Below, piece after piece: positions 13,788 through 25,760 of a stretch of 64,000 bases of DNA. The stretch's first letter is position 1. Every line of letters starts with the position of its first letter. The position numbers and the translations under genes were made by a program. The notes under the pieces were generated by a model. That model saw only the letters and a list, made by a program, of their open reading frames with translations, had not been told where the DNA came from and did no database searches. Source of the DNA: Trichormus sp. ATA11-4-KO1 (GTDB lineage Bacteria; Cyanobacteriota; Cyanobacteriia; Cyanobacteriales; Nostocaceae); NCBI GenBank assembly GCA_019358915.1, contig JAHHIM010000022.1, forward strand, positions 1-64,000, in the 5' to 3' direction.

Positions 13788-13819
13788 AGTGCTGAGTGCT
13801 GAGTGCTGAGTGCTGAGTA
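13788..13819 (+). repeat. STRR (AGTGCTG)x4
   Basis: Four perfect tandem heptamers downstream of hisD. Confidence 0.9.
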
Positions 13820-13971
13820 TAAATCAGTTGCTTCAGTGCTTTGAGTCATCAACAGCGTCTTTACATAATCTGACTACAGCTATATATTTAGAAGCTGACA
13901 CCAAGGCTGTAACTGCCAACAAACTGTATCAGGTAATTATATTAAGGGGTCTACCTTTTAGGAGATGAGCG

Positions 13972-14403
13972 GTGCTAAAAAATGTTTTGGTAGCTCTAGA
14001 CGGTTCGGAAATTGCAGAAAGAGTAATTCAAACTTTAAGTGATTTGGTATTTTCCCCCGATACCAAAGTCATTCTCTGTCATGTATTTCCGACCCCAGAA
14101 TCAGAGATGGAACTACCCGCAGATCGCCCTCATCCAGAGTCCCCAACACTTCCTTATTTCCAGATTGAAAAACAGCTACAATCCTACAAAGAAAATTTAT
14201 CAGTCAACTGTGAATTAGAGATGGTAACAGGCGAGCCGGCTGACGAAATTATTCGCCTGGCTAATATTTACAAAACTGACTTGATCCTAATTGGCAGTCG
14301 GGGGTTAACAGGGATGAAGCGAATCGTCCTGGGTTCTGTTAGCAGTCAAGTAGTAGAAGAGGCTAATTGTTCAGTATTAGTGGTTAAGCCGAGTAAAAAT
14401 TAA
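13972..14403 (+). CDS. Universal stress protein (Usp family)
   Basis: VLVALDGS N-terminus; GSRGLTG...LGSVSSQVV...CSVLVV C-terminus. Confidence 0.93.
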   Translation: MLKNVLVALDGSEIAERVIQTLSDLVFSPDTKVILCHVFPTPESEMELPADRPHPESPTLPYFQIEKQLQSYKENLSVNCELEMVTGEPADEIIRLANIYKTDLILIGSRGLTGMKRIVLGSVSSQVVEEANCSVLVVKPSKN

Positions 14404-14427
14404 GTAGCATCAGGTAAATAATTCAAA

Positions 14428-14489
14428 GTTTGTAGTCAGGACTTTAGTCCTAATAACCTGGAAGAAGCGATGAATCGCTTACTACGAAC
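14428..14489. repeat. Dispersed palindromic element with terminal inverted repeats and two internal hairpins
   Basis: GTTTGTAGT...ACTACGAAC ends; AGGACTTTAGTCCT and AAGCGATGAATCGCTT internal stems. Confidence 0.65.
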
Positions 14490-14544
14490 GAGAATTTTAT
14501 AGCCAAGCATGAAAGAGAGACTGAGGACTGGGGACTAGTATTTT

Positions 14545-14576
14545 TACTCAGCACTCAGCACTCAGCACTCAGCACT
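14545..14576 (-). repeat. STRR (ACTCAGC)x4, inverted relative to 13788-13819
   Basis: Four perfect tandem heptamers. Confidence 0.9.
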
Positions 14577-14578
14577 CT

Positions 14579-14956
14579 TTAATTTGTCAAAAACTGACGC
14601 AAACTCAACAAATTTAAGGTTTGACCCAAATTCAAGGGTAGAATAGAAACTCCTTCCAAACGTGACTGCACCCAACCTTCTCCCCAATACCATTCGTGAA
14701 AGCCATCAATGCCTCCACTAAGTAGCAAGCGTAAACAGTTGGGTTTTGCCACATCTACTTGATGATGGATGGGAACTGGCCCAGTCCAAGTTGTAAACTG
14801 AAATCCTGTGTGCAGTTCTTCTGGCATTCCTGGAGCAAAGCTTTGCCCTACAAGCCATTTATTTAGTTGGTCAGGATGCAGGAGACTGTCACGAATTGCA
14901 TTGGCGGATGCGGCGATTTCTATCCGTAGTTGGCTTTGTTGAAAATTACCCAGCAT
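14579..14956 (-). CDS. Hypothetical protein (possibly SRPBCC/polyketide-cyclase-like)
   Basis: 125-aa ORF with ATG start filling the gap; LLHPDQLNKWL segment is reminiscent of SRPBCC N-termini; fold is inference. Confidence 0.7.
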   Translation of the reverse strand: MLGNFQQSQLRIEIAASANAIRDSLLHPDQLNKWLVGQSFAPGMPEELHTGFQFTTWTGPVPIHHQVDVAKPNCLRLLLSGGIDGFHEWYWGEGWVQSRLEGVSILPLNLGQTLNLLSLRQFLTN

Positions 14957-15108
14957 TTTTCAGAATTGCTTAAACGTGAAAGATCACTCTTGATGAATTG
15001 TAGTTCTAATATTGCAAATACAATCACAGGTGACCACGGCATCACTTTTCTACTGAATGAGAATTTAGAATAGAGAAGATAGACTTGTTAAGAAATGTAA
15101 GGGTTTTC

Positions 15109-16014
15109 ATGGCAGATCAATTAATTCGTGCCACAGCAGCAGAAGGTGGGATTCGGGCTGTAGGAGTGATTACCACTCGTTTAACAGAAGAAGCAAGGCA
15201 ACGTCACAAGCTTTCCTATGTGGCAACAGCAGCACTGGGTCGGTCTATGGCAGCAGGCTTGTTGATGGCTTCTAGTATGAAGCGTACTGGTTCTAGGGTG
15301 AATGTCCGGGTCAAGGGCGATGGACCTTTGGGTGGTATATTGGTAGATGCAGGCTTAGATGGCACAGTACGCGGCTATGTCGGAAATCCATCTATAGAAT
15401 TGCCTCCTAATGCCAAAGGTAAGCTAGATGTTGGTGGTGCAGTAGGTGAAGGCTACCTCTATGTAGTGCGGGATATCGGTTACGGCTATCCTTACTCTAG
15501 TACAGTGGAACTAGTTTCGGGCGAAATAGGCGACGATGTGGCTCACTACCTAGTAAATTCTGAACAAACACCTTCAGCTTTGGTTTTAGGCGTGTTCGTG
15601 GGAGCAAGTGGAGTAACGGCTGCTGGAGGTTTGTTAGTGCAAGTTTTGCCTAAAGCTGCCAGAGATGAAGCCCTCGTAGAAACGTTGGAATCACGGGTAG
15701 CTAGTTTAGCTGGATTTACGCCGTTGTTACAAGCTGGTAAAACTTTGCCAGAAATCTTTAATGGCCTATTAGGAGACATGGGGCTGACAATCTTTCCTGA
15801 AAGTCAAATGCTGCGCTTCCATTGTGGTTGTTCTTTTGACCGTGTACTGGGAGCATTAAAAATTTTGGGAGAAGAAGAATTGCAAGACATGATTATTAAA
15901 GATGATGGTGCTGAGGCAACTTGTGACTTTTGCGGTCAAGTTTATCAGGCAAGTAGCGATCACCTGGCTCGGTTAATTGTGGACTTGCAAACAGAATCTT
16001 CAGTTTCTGGTTAA
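15109..16014 (+). CDS. hslO: Hsp33 redox-regulated chaperone
   Basis: SEQTPS, AAGGLLVQVLP, CGCS...CDFC zinc switch; start set at MADQL. Confidence 0.96.
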   Translation: MADQLIRATAAEGGIRAVGVITTRLTEEARQRHKLSYVATAALGRSMAAGLLMASSMKRTGSRVNVRVKGDGPLGGILVDAGLDGTVRGYVGNPSIELPPNAKGKLDVGGAVGEGYLYVVRDIGYGYPYSSTVELVSGEIGDDVAHYLVNSEQTPSALVLGVFVGASGVTAAGGLLVQVLPKAARDEALVETLESRVASLAGFTPLLQAGKTLPEIFNGLLGDMGLTIFPESQMLRFHCGCSFDRVLGALKILGEEELQDMIIKDDGAEATCDFCGQVYQASSDHLARLIVDLQTESSVSG

Positions 16015-16166
16015 GGTATAAAAGGGCACTTAAAAAACCAATTGTTAGTGGTATTTGTGGAAAAGACCATGTTAAAAGTAGCTTTTAAAATATGAGAAAG
16101 TTACCATAGCAACATCGGAATTATCAGCCTAAAACAGATCGCTATTCAACTATTTTGGTGTGAGAG

Positions 16167-18209
16167 ATGACAGAGCGGGATATTCCAGAAAGTTGGCCCC
16201 CATCTAGAGCAGGAGAGCCAGATGATATAAAAAGATTATCTCGAACGCCACAATTCGGTGAAACTCAAGCATTTGGTATCCCAGCTACTGGTTCTACCTC
16301 TAAGTCAGTGAAGCGACAAATACAAGACAATTCCGGATTACCTTTACAAGAGCAGTCAGCAGAAACTAGCTTACCCAGCAAAGGTGCTAGAAAATGGCCG
16401 CGCTGGATGAAAAGCTGGGTGTTGTGGGCAGTAACATTAACGTTGATTCCTGGCAGTGTGGGATTTTTAGCGATGGCAATGTTGCTAAAGCTACCAACTG
16501 CCCCCAGTTGCCCAGCGATTTTTTGGCCTTTGGCTAGTGCGTCAGTGCGGCTGCATTGCGCTCAGTTAGCAGCTTCTAAGCAAAATGTGAATGACTTATT
16601 GCAAGCGATCGCATTAGTTAAAGAATTGCCACAGGAACACCCATTGCGGGGAGAGATTGATCGTTTTTTAGAAGAATGGTCTAAGGAGATTTTGCAGTTA
16701 GCAGACCAAAGTTTCCAAGCAGGCAATTTAGAAGAAGCGATCGCGACTGCGCGGAAAATACCTGAAGACCTCTCGGCATATAAATTAGTAGACGAACAAA
16801 TTGCTAAATGGGAGTCAACTTGGTTGAAAGCAGAAGGTATATACAAGGACGCAGAAGCCGAACTACAGCAACGGCGTTGGCAATCAGCATTTATGCTATC
16901 CGCTAAACTACTGCGTGTAGATAATAAATACTGGGCAAGTACTAAGTACGACCAATTAAACAGCTTGATTGCCTCAGCTAGGGAAGATGGTGAGAAGTTA
17001 ACAAAAGCCGAAAGTTTAGCAAATAGCAAAGTAGTAAATAATTTACTAGAAGCGATCAAGCTAGCCGAGTCGATTAAGCAAGAAAGCTACCTTTATCAAA
17101 CAGCTCAAGAAATGATTCCCGCATTTGGTCGGAAAATGCTGGATTTAGCCCAGGCAAATCTGGATAAAAGGGATGCAGATACAGCTTTAGATATTGCTAG
17201 ACAAATTCCCGATAATACACGCTTGCAGACAGAAGTCGCAGACTTTATCGCTTTGGCTGATGCTCAGAGGAGTGCATGGATCGGTACGGTATCTAGTTTA
17301 GAAACAGCGATCGCCCAAGCGCAGCAAATTGACCCCTCCAGGTCAGTTTATGATCAAGCACAACAATTGATTGCCCGGTGGCAGTTGGAAATTGAAGATG
17401 TGGCCCGCCTAGAAAAAGCGCGGACACTTGCTAGCCAGGGAACGCTGGAATATTTATCAGCAGCGATCGCCGAAGTACAGCTGATCCCCAATAATAACCC
17501 CCGCGCCTCAGAAGCTAGGCAAGAGAGGAATCGTTGGCGTTCTCAGGTGGAGACTATCGAAGATAGACCTTATTTAGAACGCGCTGAACAACTTGCTTGG
17601 CTGAATGATATTAACTCCTTGCAAGCAGCGATCGCGGAAGCTAGTCAAATCCGTCGGGGTCGGGCGTTGTATCCAGAAGCACAGAGAAAAATTCGCACAT
17701 GGACAGCAAAGGTACAGCGAATCCAAGACCAGCCGTACTTAGATCAAGCCCGAATACTGGCGCAGAGTGGTGATCTTACGGGTGCTATTAATACAGCTCA
17801 ACCACTGGCATTGTCAGGGCGATCGCTTGCTGGTGAAGCAAAGTCAGCGATTGAGGATTGGCAAGGACAAATCCGCGCTAGAGAAAACTGGAATAGAGCA
17901 AAAGAAGTGGCAGTCACTGGCACACCAGAAGCTTTAGTTCAGGCAATAGGACTGGCTGATAGAGTGCCCAGAGCTAGCGTCTTGCGGATGGATGCGAATA
18001 TTGCAATTAACCAATGGAGTCAGCAATTATTGGATATTGCTCGTTTTCAGGGGAATTCTGATATTCCTAGGGCTATTGAGACTGCCAAGTTGATTCCTAG
18101 TAGTAGTACGGCTTACAGAGCGGCACAGGAGCAAATTAAGAATTGGCAACAGTTGCTTAATCCTGAACCTTTACAGTTTGAACCAATCACACCTATTCGT
18201 GAGCAGTAA
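16167..18209 (+). CDS. Membrane-anchored helical-repeat protein of unknown function
   Basis: 680 aa; disordered N-terminus, one TM segment, then recurring L..AIA.A..IP....Y..AQ..I..W units. Confidence 0.8.
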   Translation: MTERDIPESWPPSRAGEPDDIKRLSRTPQFGETQAFGIPATGSTSKSVKRQIQDNSGLPLQEQSAETSLPSKGARKWPRWMKSWVLWAVTLTLIPGSVGFLAMAMLLKLPTAPSCPAIFWPLASASVRLHCAQLAASKQNVNDLLQAIALVKELPQEHPLRGEIDRFLEEWSKEILQLADQSFQAGNLEEAIATARKIPEDLSAYKLVDEQIAKWESTWLKAEGIYKDAEAELQQRRWQSAFMLSAKLLRVDNKYWASTKYDQLNSLIASAREDGEKLTKAESLANSKVVNNLLEAIKLAESIKQESYLYQTAQEMIPAFGRKMLDLAQANLDKRDADTALDIARQIPDNTRLQTEVADFIALADAQRSAWIGTVSSLETAIAQAQQIDPSRSVYDQAQQLIARWQLEIEDVARLEKARTLASQGTLEYLSAAIAEVQLIPNNNPRASEARQERNRWRSQVETIEDRPYLERAEQLAWLNDINSLQAAIAEASQIRRGRALYPEAQRKIRTWTAKVQRIQDQPYLDQARILAQSGDLTGAINTAQPLALSGRSLAGEAKSAIEDWQGQIRARENWNRAKEVAVTGTPEALVQAIGLADRVPRASVLRMDANIAINQWSQQLLDIARFQGNSDIPRAIETAKLIPSSSTAYRAAQEQIKNWQQLLNPEPLQFEPITPIREQ

Positions 18210-18223
18210 TTTTTAATGCTTGT

Positions 18224-18269
18224 AAATCAACCTCTTGCAGAAGGCTCTTTTGCAGGAGGTTGATTTTTT
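18224..18269 (+). terminator. Rho-independent terminator
   Basis: AAATCAACCTCTTGCA/TGCAGGAGGTTGATTT stem followed by a T-run. Confidence 0.8.
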
Positions 18270-18660
18270 GTCCCAAATATTCATAACTTGGCAGCGATGG
18301 ATGACAAGTAATTTACCAAACATGATATTAACTTGATACTGTTAAAACATTGACCTACTCTGCGATCGCTGGATATTCTTGATTATTTATTCGTCGTAAA
18401 TTTACAAAGTGAGTGAATTAATAAAGTTTTGACTAAGTAGAGGACAGTAATTATTTACATACTTAAGTATGTTTTATATATTTAGTAACATAGATCCAGT
18501 TGTAATGAAAACCATAAAACTTACTAAAAGCCAATTGATTTAGTTAAGTATTCTGGCAAATACAAAAAACATCCTCTTAGTGTTTTGTAGTTAGGTAGCT
18601 TACCGATTAAAGCACTGATGATTTTGTAGTGCCAATTTGCACATAGAAATTGTAATCCCA

Positions 18661-19416
18661 ATGAAAACTGCCTTGTTGAATTTATTCAAGCCTTCTTTAT
18701 TAGCTGCTGGTATTGCGGCTGCATCTTTGGCTATGATGCCAAGTTCGGCTCAAGCCTTCAGTATATTGTTTGGCCCCGATAGTTTTTCTTCTAATCCCAC
18801 TCGCACTGGTTCGTCTGCAAAGGTAAACTTCAACTTCTCTCAGGTGGGAAGTGATGTTTTACTCGATTTGGCTCTGACAAACACTACTGGTCAAATTCCT
18901 ACTTTTGGAGATGGTGCAACTGAGTCAACTTTAGTTGGTTTTGGGTTTGATATTTTGGATGGATTGACATTCGCTTACAATCCACTGTCCAGTACTTTTA
19001 CACAGCTTTATGGTAATTCATCTTTAACTTCTCAGACTATATCGGGTCCAGCTACGCTCCAACCCTTTGGCACGTTTGATGTTGGTATTCGCTCCGCAGG
19101 CCCAGGAGACTTTAATGGTGGTAATCCCACGCAAGGTTTAACAGCAGGTCAATCTACTAATGTTAGCTTTACTTTAAGTGGTGCTAACCTGAATGCTGCT
19201 GATGTTGAAAGCGAATTTCTAAGTGGATTTCAGTCTGGCACACTACGGGTAAGCACTCGCTTTCAGAGTGTAAATGCTGGTGAAGGGAGTGACAAATTGC
19301 TAGGGGGTAATATTGTCAAAAGAAGAGTACCGGAACCAGCGACTTTGGCGGGTATCGGTTTGGTAGCTGGAGTAATGGTGATGTCACGCCGTCGCCAGGC
19401 TATCAAGTTTGCATAG
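18661..19416 (+). CDS. PEP-CTERM sorting-domain exported protein
   Basis: Signal peptide ending AQA; C-terminal VPEP + TM + RRR; start set at MKTAL. Confidence 0.92.
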   Translation: MKTALLNLFKPSLLAAGIAAASLAMMPSSAQAFSILFGPDSFSSNPTRTGSSAKVNFNFSQVGSDVLLDLALTNTTGQIPTFGDGATESTLVGFGFDILDGLTFAYNPLSSTFTQLYGNSSLTSQTISGPATLQPFGTFDVGIRSAGPGDFNGGNPTQGLTAGQSTNVSFTLSGANLNAADVESEFLSGFQSGTLRVSTRFQSVNAGEGSDKLLGGNIVKRRVPEPATLAGIGLVAGVMVMSRRRQAIKFA

Positions 19417-19424
19417 ATTTTAAC

Positions 19425-19447
19425 GTGAGTCTCCAACGGAGGCTCAC
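19425..19447 (+). terminator. 3' hairpin after the PEP-CTERM gene
   Basis: GTGAGTCTCC-AAC-GGAGGCTCAC stem; no U-tract. Confidence 0.4.
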
Positions 19448-19997
19448 AAGGAACCTTGCAAGGTCAGTGTCAAGAGGAATTACCTCCAGTCAAAACTGCT
19501 CAGATGCACATATCACAAAACAAATATTTTGTCTAGTCTATTTGCACACATAAAAACTTTTATTACATATTAATATCAATGACCAATGAGCTAATTGACG
19601 AACGCGGCTTAAGATAGCTTTAATATCAAATAAAATCGGCGTTTATGCTTATATAAATGAGAGGTGGTCTGATTTTTGCATGATTTGTACTTGAATGAGT
19701 ACTATTATGAGCAGCTGACACGGCATGGGATAATCCAACCTGAGGATTCCAGTTGATTCACAAAATAATAGAACTCGGAAAGCTGATTTTAATCTATATG
19801 CCGCCTTCTGACTTCTATGCTTCTACTGACTGTCTACCTTGTAGTTGATGCAGTAGAGCTGACAGGGCAATTATGGTTATAGGACACTAAACCCTATTGT
19901 GAGCCAAACTCAGTTGTACTGATGCCCTCATGCATTGCCTAATCAACAGCCTTTTGGTTGTAATTGTCCGGATTAGATAAACTCAACTGTTAAATTT

Positions 19998-20447
19998 ATG
20001 GGAGTGAAAATGCAAGAACCGGAATTCACAGAAACCAAGTCCAAAGAGGCAACAGTGCCAGATATCAACAACCAAACAGGAACCATTACTAAACTCCAGC
20101 CTCCTGTGCAGTCTCAAGAGCAATGGCAAAAATACGGTGAACAGATTTCTAGCTTTTTAGCAACACTGCCTGAATACCTGGGAAGCTTCTTTAATCAATA
20201 TAAGCAGCCCCTGGTTAGTATTGGTTTAATTGTGGCAGCAATTGTCTCGGTTAAGGTACTTTTGGCAATATTAGATGCTTTGAATGATATTCCTTTGGTA
20301 GCACCGTCTTTTGAATTGATTGGTATTGGTTACTCTGCCTGGTTTGTTTATCGCTATTTACTCAAAGCTTCAACCCGGCGAGAGTTAACTGATGAAATTA
20401 CAACCCTCAAATCACAAGTCGTCGGCAAAAATATTCCAGAAGCTTAA
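19998..20447 (+). CDS. CAAD-domain protein (CurT/CURT1-like thylakoid curvature protein)
   Basis: ILDALNDIPLVAPSFELIGIGYSAWFVYRYLL signature; start may be 20010. Confidence 0.88.
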   Translation: MGVKMQEPEFTETKSKEATVPDINNQTGTITKLQPPVQSQEQWQKYGEQISSFLATLPEYLGSFFNQYKQPLVSIGLIVAAIVSVKVLLAILDALNDIPLVAPSFELIGIGYSAWFVYRYLLKASTRRELTDEITTLKSQVVGKNIPEA

Positions 20448-20538
20448 CATTTAACCGTCGGTATACTCTTGTTCGGCGATCGCCAGGGCCTTCCCATTCG
20501 GCGATCGCCTTTGGCGTTTCTGTAGGGTAGCCATGACT

Positions 20539-21597
20539 TTAATTAGCTAATCGTGTGTAGTTTTGAGAAGGGATTTGTTTTAATCTCCCTGTTTGCACCA
20601 AAGCTTGATGAATCATCACTGCTACCTCAGCACGGGTAGCTTCTTGATTGGGAGCTAAGACATTTGGGTCTGGATAAGCAGCTACAAGACCATTAGCTGT
20701 AGCCGTCGCTATTTTTTTAGTAGCATATTCAGGAATATCTTGAGCATCTTTATAAACACTTAAGACCTGCAATGGATCGGATGGTTCTTGCAGATTTAAC
20801 CCACTGACAAGAGCCACTAAAACTTGCACTCGGGAAATTTTTTGTTCTGGTTGAAAGGTCTGATCAGGATAGCCTTTTAAAAATCCAGTGGTAATAGCTT
20901 GGTCAATTGCCGATGTTGCCCAGGATTTATCTGATACGTCTTTAAAAGACATGGTGTACTTAGCAAGCTTTTGGTCAAAAGCTTGTTGTAGTATGGTCGC
21001 AAATTCAGCGCGATTTACAGGCTGATTGGGTCTAAAGGAATAATCTGGAAAGCCCTTGATAATCCCACGGGATGAAAGAACATCAATAAAACGACCTGCC
21101 CAAAAGTCAGTCGGTACGTCGTTAAATGCAATTGGTGGCGGAATAATTGACTTCTTCTCCTTAGGAGTAACTAAAGGCAAAGGTGATGATTGAATTGACG
21201 ACTCAAAGTCTGTAGAGGAGAAAGGTGCTTGCCTGTGTGATGGCTTGATGGGAGCTACCTTAGCAGATGACATCATGAGGGGGAGAGTCGCTCTTTGTGT
21301 TGGGGATAGAGTAGTTCTAGGTTCAACAACGGTGATATCTCGAGGAGAAGGTAAGGTGTTGAGATTGGCATCTGCATTCGGTTCTAACCTAGATGATGCA
21401 GGATAGCGTTCAACCCCAGGAGATGGAGTCGGGGGTATGATTAGGTCATTCAAGTCCCAGCCTGTATGACTGCGAGACATTGACCAAAACAGAATTCCGC
21501 CAATAGTAGAGAAAGCAACCAAAATAGCGATAAATTCATCAAAGCCAAGGGAATTTTTTTGAGATGACTCCGGTTCAGAAGGAGGCAGATTTGTCAT
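20539..21597 (-). CDS. S-layer homology (SLH) domain protein
   Basis: N-terminal TM, Pro/Ser-rich linker, three SLH repeats (FNDVP..W, GFPDYSFRP..NRAE, TRAE). Confidence 0.92.
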   Translation of the reverse strand: MTNLPPSEPESSQKNSLGFDEFIAILVAFSTIGGILFWSMSRSHTGWDLNDLIIPPTPSPGVERYPASSRLEPNADANLNTLPSPRDITVVEPRTTLSPTQRATLPLMMSSAKVAPIKPSHRQAPFSSTDFESSIQSSPLPLVTPKEKKSIIPPPIAFNDVPTDFWAGRFIDVLSSRGIIKGFPDYSFRPNQPVNRAEFATILQQAFDQKLAKYTMSFKDVSDKSWATSAIDQAITTGFLKGYPDQTFQPEQKISRVQVLVALVSGLNLQEPSDPLQVLSVYKDAQDIPEYATKKIATATANGLVAAYPDPNVLAPNQEATRAEVAVMIHQALVQTGRLKQIPSQNYTRLAN

Positions 21598-21714
21598 CGT
21601 AATTACCCTGGTAACCGTAAAATTTGTTTTTACTTTACAACAATTAGGGAAGCACAGGGGAGTAGAGGAGATTATTAATATAAGTTCTTTCCCCTCTGCC
21701 TCTTTATTTCCCCT

Positions 21715-23001
21715 TCACAGCACCCGTAGTAAACTGGGAATACTGTCTATCGCTTCTAAATTACGAATTTCTGCTAGGGCTTGCCGAAAATCTCCTTCCC
21801 GCACATCGTGAGTCACAACTACAATCTCCGCGAGTCCTCCCTGAAAGCCTGTCTGCACAACTGACTCTAAACTGACGCCATAGTTGCCAAAGCAAGTACC
21901 CAATTTACCGATGACTCCGGGTTGGTCTTTGGTGAGGAACCGGGCATAAAATCGTGTTACTAGTTCTGTCATTGGAGAAATTTGACAGTAATCCTGATGT
22001 CCACAAGTTAAGAGTGGATTTGGTTTGGCTGTACTAGTTTTGAGGACAGCAACTAAATTCAAAATATCTGAGGTGACTGCACTGGCTGTAGCACCTGCAC
22101 CCGCACCAGGTCCGAAAAACATTACCTGCCCGATGGGTTCTCCTTCTACGAGAATGGCGTTATAAACACCGTTGATGCTAGCTAAAGGATGTACTTTAGG
22201 CACTAAGGTGGGATGAACTCTGACGGAAAGGGAAGATGCGGGAGTGTATTGTTTAGCGATCGCTAACAGTTTAATCACAAATCCCAATTTTTCAGCATAG
22301 GCTATATCTGTTTTGCTGACTTGCCGAATTCCTTCACAATAAACATCTTCTAGATTGATGCGTCCACCAAAGCCTAATGATGCCAAGATGGCAATTTTAT
22401 CTGCTGCATCCAAGCCGTCTACATCAGCTGTGGGGTCAGCTTCGGCGTAACCGAGTTTTTGGGCATCAGCTAAAACATCGCTGAAGTTGCTGCCTTCGGT
22501 TTGCATCCGTGTCAGAATGTAGTTAGTTGTACCGTTAACGATGCCAGTAACAGTATGAATACGGTTAACGCTTAAAGATTGTTTTAAGGGTTGAATCACG
22601 GGGATACCGCCACCAACAGCAGCTTCCAACATCACATATACGCCAGCTTGGTTGGCAGTTGTAAAAATTTCTGCCCCAAACCGGGCGATCGCGGCTTTGT
22701 TGGCGGTGACGACGTGCTTACCATGACTTAAGGCTTTGAGAATTAGCGATCGCGCTGGTTCCAGTCCACCCATCACCTCAACGACTATATCCACAGCCGG
22801 ATCACTGACAATGGCTGCTAAGTCTGTGGTTAATACGCCCGGAGGTAATTCTACTTGACGAATTTTATCAAGCGATCGTACTCCCACCCGATATATTTCT
22901 ATCTCCCTCAATAACGGGTTACGCCCTACTACATCTTGTAGTAATTGCACTGTACCTGTGCCGACAGTGCCTAATCCTAATATTCCTAATTTCACACCCA
23001 C
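21715..23001 (-). CDS. hom: Homoserine dehydrogenase with C-terminal ACT domain
   Basis: GLGTVG, VVTANK, EAAVGGGIP, NGTTNYIL, GYAEADP motifs. Confidence 0.96.
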   Translation of the reverse strand: MGVKLGILGLGTVGTGTVQLLQDVVGRNPLLREIEIYRVGVRSLDKIRQVELPPGVLTTDLAAIVSDPAVDIVVEVMGGLEPARSLILKALSHGKHVVTANKAAIARFGAEIFTTANQAGVYVMLEAAVGGGIPVIQPLKQSLSVNRIHTVTGIVNGTTNYILTRMQTEGSNFSDVLADAQKLGYAEADPTADVDGLDAADKIAILASLGFGGRINLEDVYCEGIRQVSKTDIAYAEKLGFVIKLLAIAKQYTPASSLSVRVHPTLVPKVHPLASINGVYNAILVEGEPIGQVMFFGPGAGAGATASAVTSDILNLVAVLKTSTAKPNPLLTCGHQDYCQISPMTELVTRFYARFLTKDQPGVIGKLGTCFGNYGVSLESVVQTGFQGGLAEIVVVTHDVREGDFRQALAEIRNLEAIDSIPSLLRVL

Positions 23002-23085
23002 AAATTTTGCACCCTATTTTCTGAGTGCTGAGTACTTCCTTCCTGAGTGCTGAATATTTATACTAACTAATTAGCCTGCTAATCA

Positions 23086-23123
23086 CGGCTTTGTTTGTAT
23101 AGCCACAGGCTAAAGCCTGCGGG
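23086..23123. repeat. Dispersed repeat with hairpin, related to 36257-36274
   Basis: Reverse complement GGCTATACAAACAAAGCC resembles GGCTACACAGACAAGGCG at 36257; CAGGCTAAAGCCTG stem. Confidence 0.5.
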
Positions 23124-23172
23124 TGAATCAAGCACTTAGAACTCTTTTCTCAGCTGTCCATATAAAACAATT

Positions 23173-23197
23173 GTAGGGTGGGCATTGCCCACCCTAC
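23173..23197. repeat. REP-like perfect palindrome GTAGGGTGGGCA-T-TGCCCACCCTAC
   Basis: 12-bp perfect inverted repeat with GTAG end; partial copy at 34320-34340. Confidence 0.8.
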
Positions 23198-23227
23198 TCA
23201 CCCATTCATAACTCAGAAAGGAAGCAT

Positions 23228-24637
<1,410 letters not shown>

Positions 24638-25760
24638 TTAGTTTATCGGATTTTTGGCTACCAAAACTGGTGCGATGGGAAAGCGGCATCATGAGCTAAT
24701 GCCGTACTCAGTACACTCACCTAAAGACATGCAAGCATAGCAAAAAACACACCTGTTCACCTTCTACGGTAAAGGATAAGCCTTTGGGAGAATGTTAATA
24801 ATGAGTCAATTTAATTTTTTTTTCGTGAACTACTACTCTGATCAGGGAGATAGCTCTCAACCACCCAAAGGGCAAGATGCAATGAAATATAGCATGAAAA
24901 GGCAACTTTGATTGGCACAAGCCATTGCTCATTTTGCCTCTAAGTGTTGACTTTTTTGAGGCATTTACACTAGATAGGACTAATCAAGAAAAATTTTTCT
25001 AATTGGTTCTAAATTCTCTGGCGTATTTACCTCCCAGTAATGTTTTTAGCCATATATTTCACTATCACAGCTAATGCCATGATCAGAATAGGTTTAGCTA
25101 CAAACAATTATGATTGAGGGAAAAGTTATATAAGCAACTACAATCAGTTTTACTTGATGTGAAACATCTGTCAACCTCTGTCAGTACCTTGTGATCACCC
25201 TCATGTTCATACATTTGAGCTTTTTAGACAATTACTGGCAAAAATTTTTATTGTGCAACTTACCTAATCATTCTGGAGATAGATTCTGGCTTTGAAGATG
25301 AAGAGCATTGCCAGACCCCAAATTAAAATTCGAGAAATAGATAAAATTTGCTGCCAAAGAAAATTATACCTTATAGACTTGAACAATAGAGGTACAGAGC
25401 AATATATGTGGTTGACACATCGTTTATAGGTGATGATGACAGGACTTTTAAAATCAACAACTAAATCATTAGGATGACTAGTAAAGCTCTAGATGATTCC
25501 TGACAGCAAACCTTGTTACAGAATACCCCATTCTGTTAAAATCTAATATACCACTAGGATTAAATACTTACCAGCAGTAAATTAAGGTTCGGTCAGACAA
25601 GTGACGACTATTACTTAGTTGTCTACTCGTCCAAATATTTCTTAGCCCTGCTGGGTAGCAAGAACGCAGGATAAACCAATGGGGTAAACTCCTGGCTTCA
25701 AAATCTGCTGTGTGAAAAAATATTGATTGACACATTTGATTTAGTATTTAGAGGAGATTT

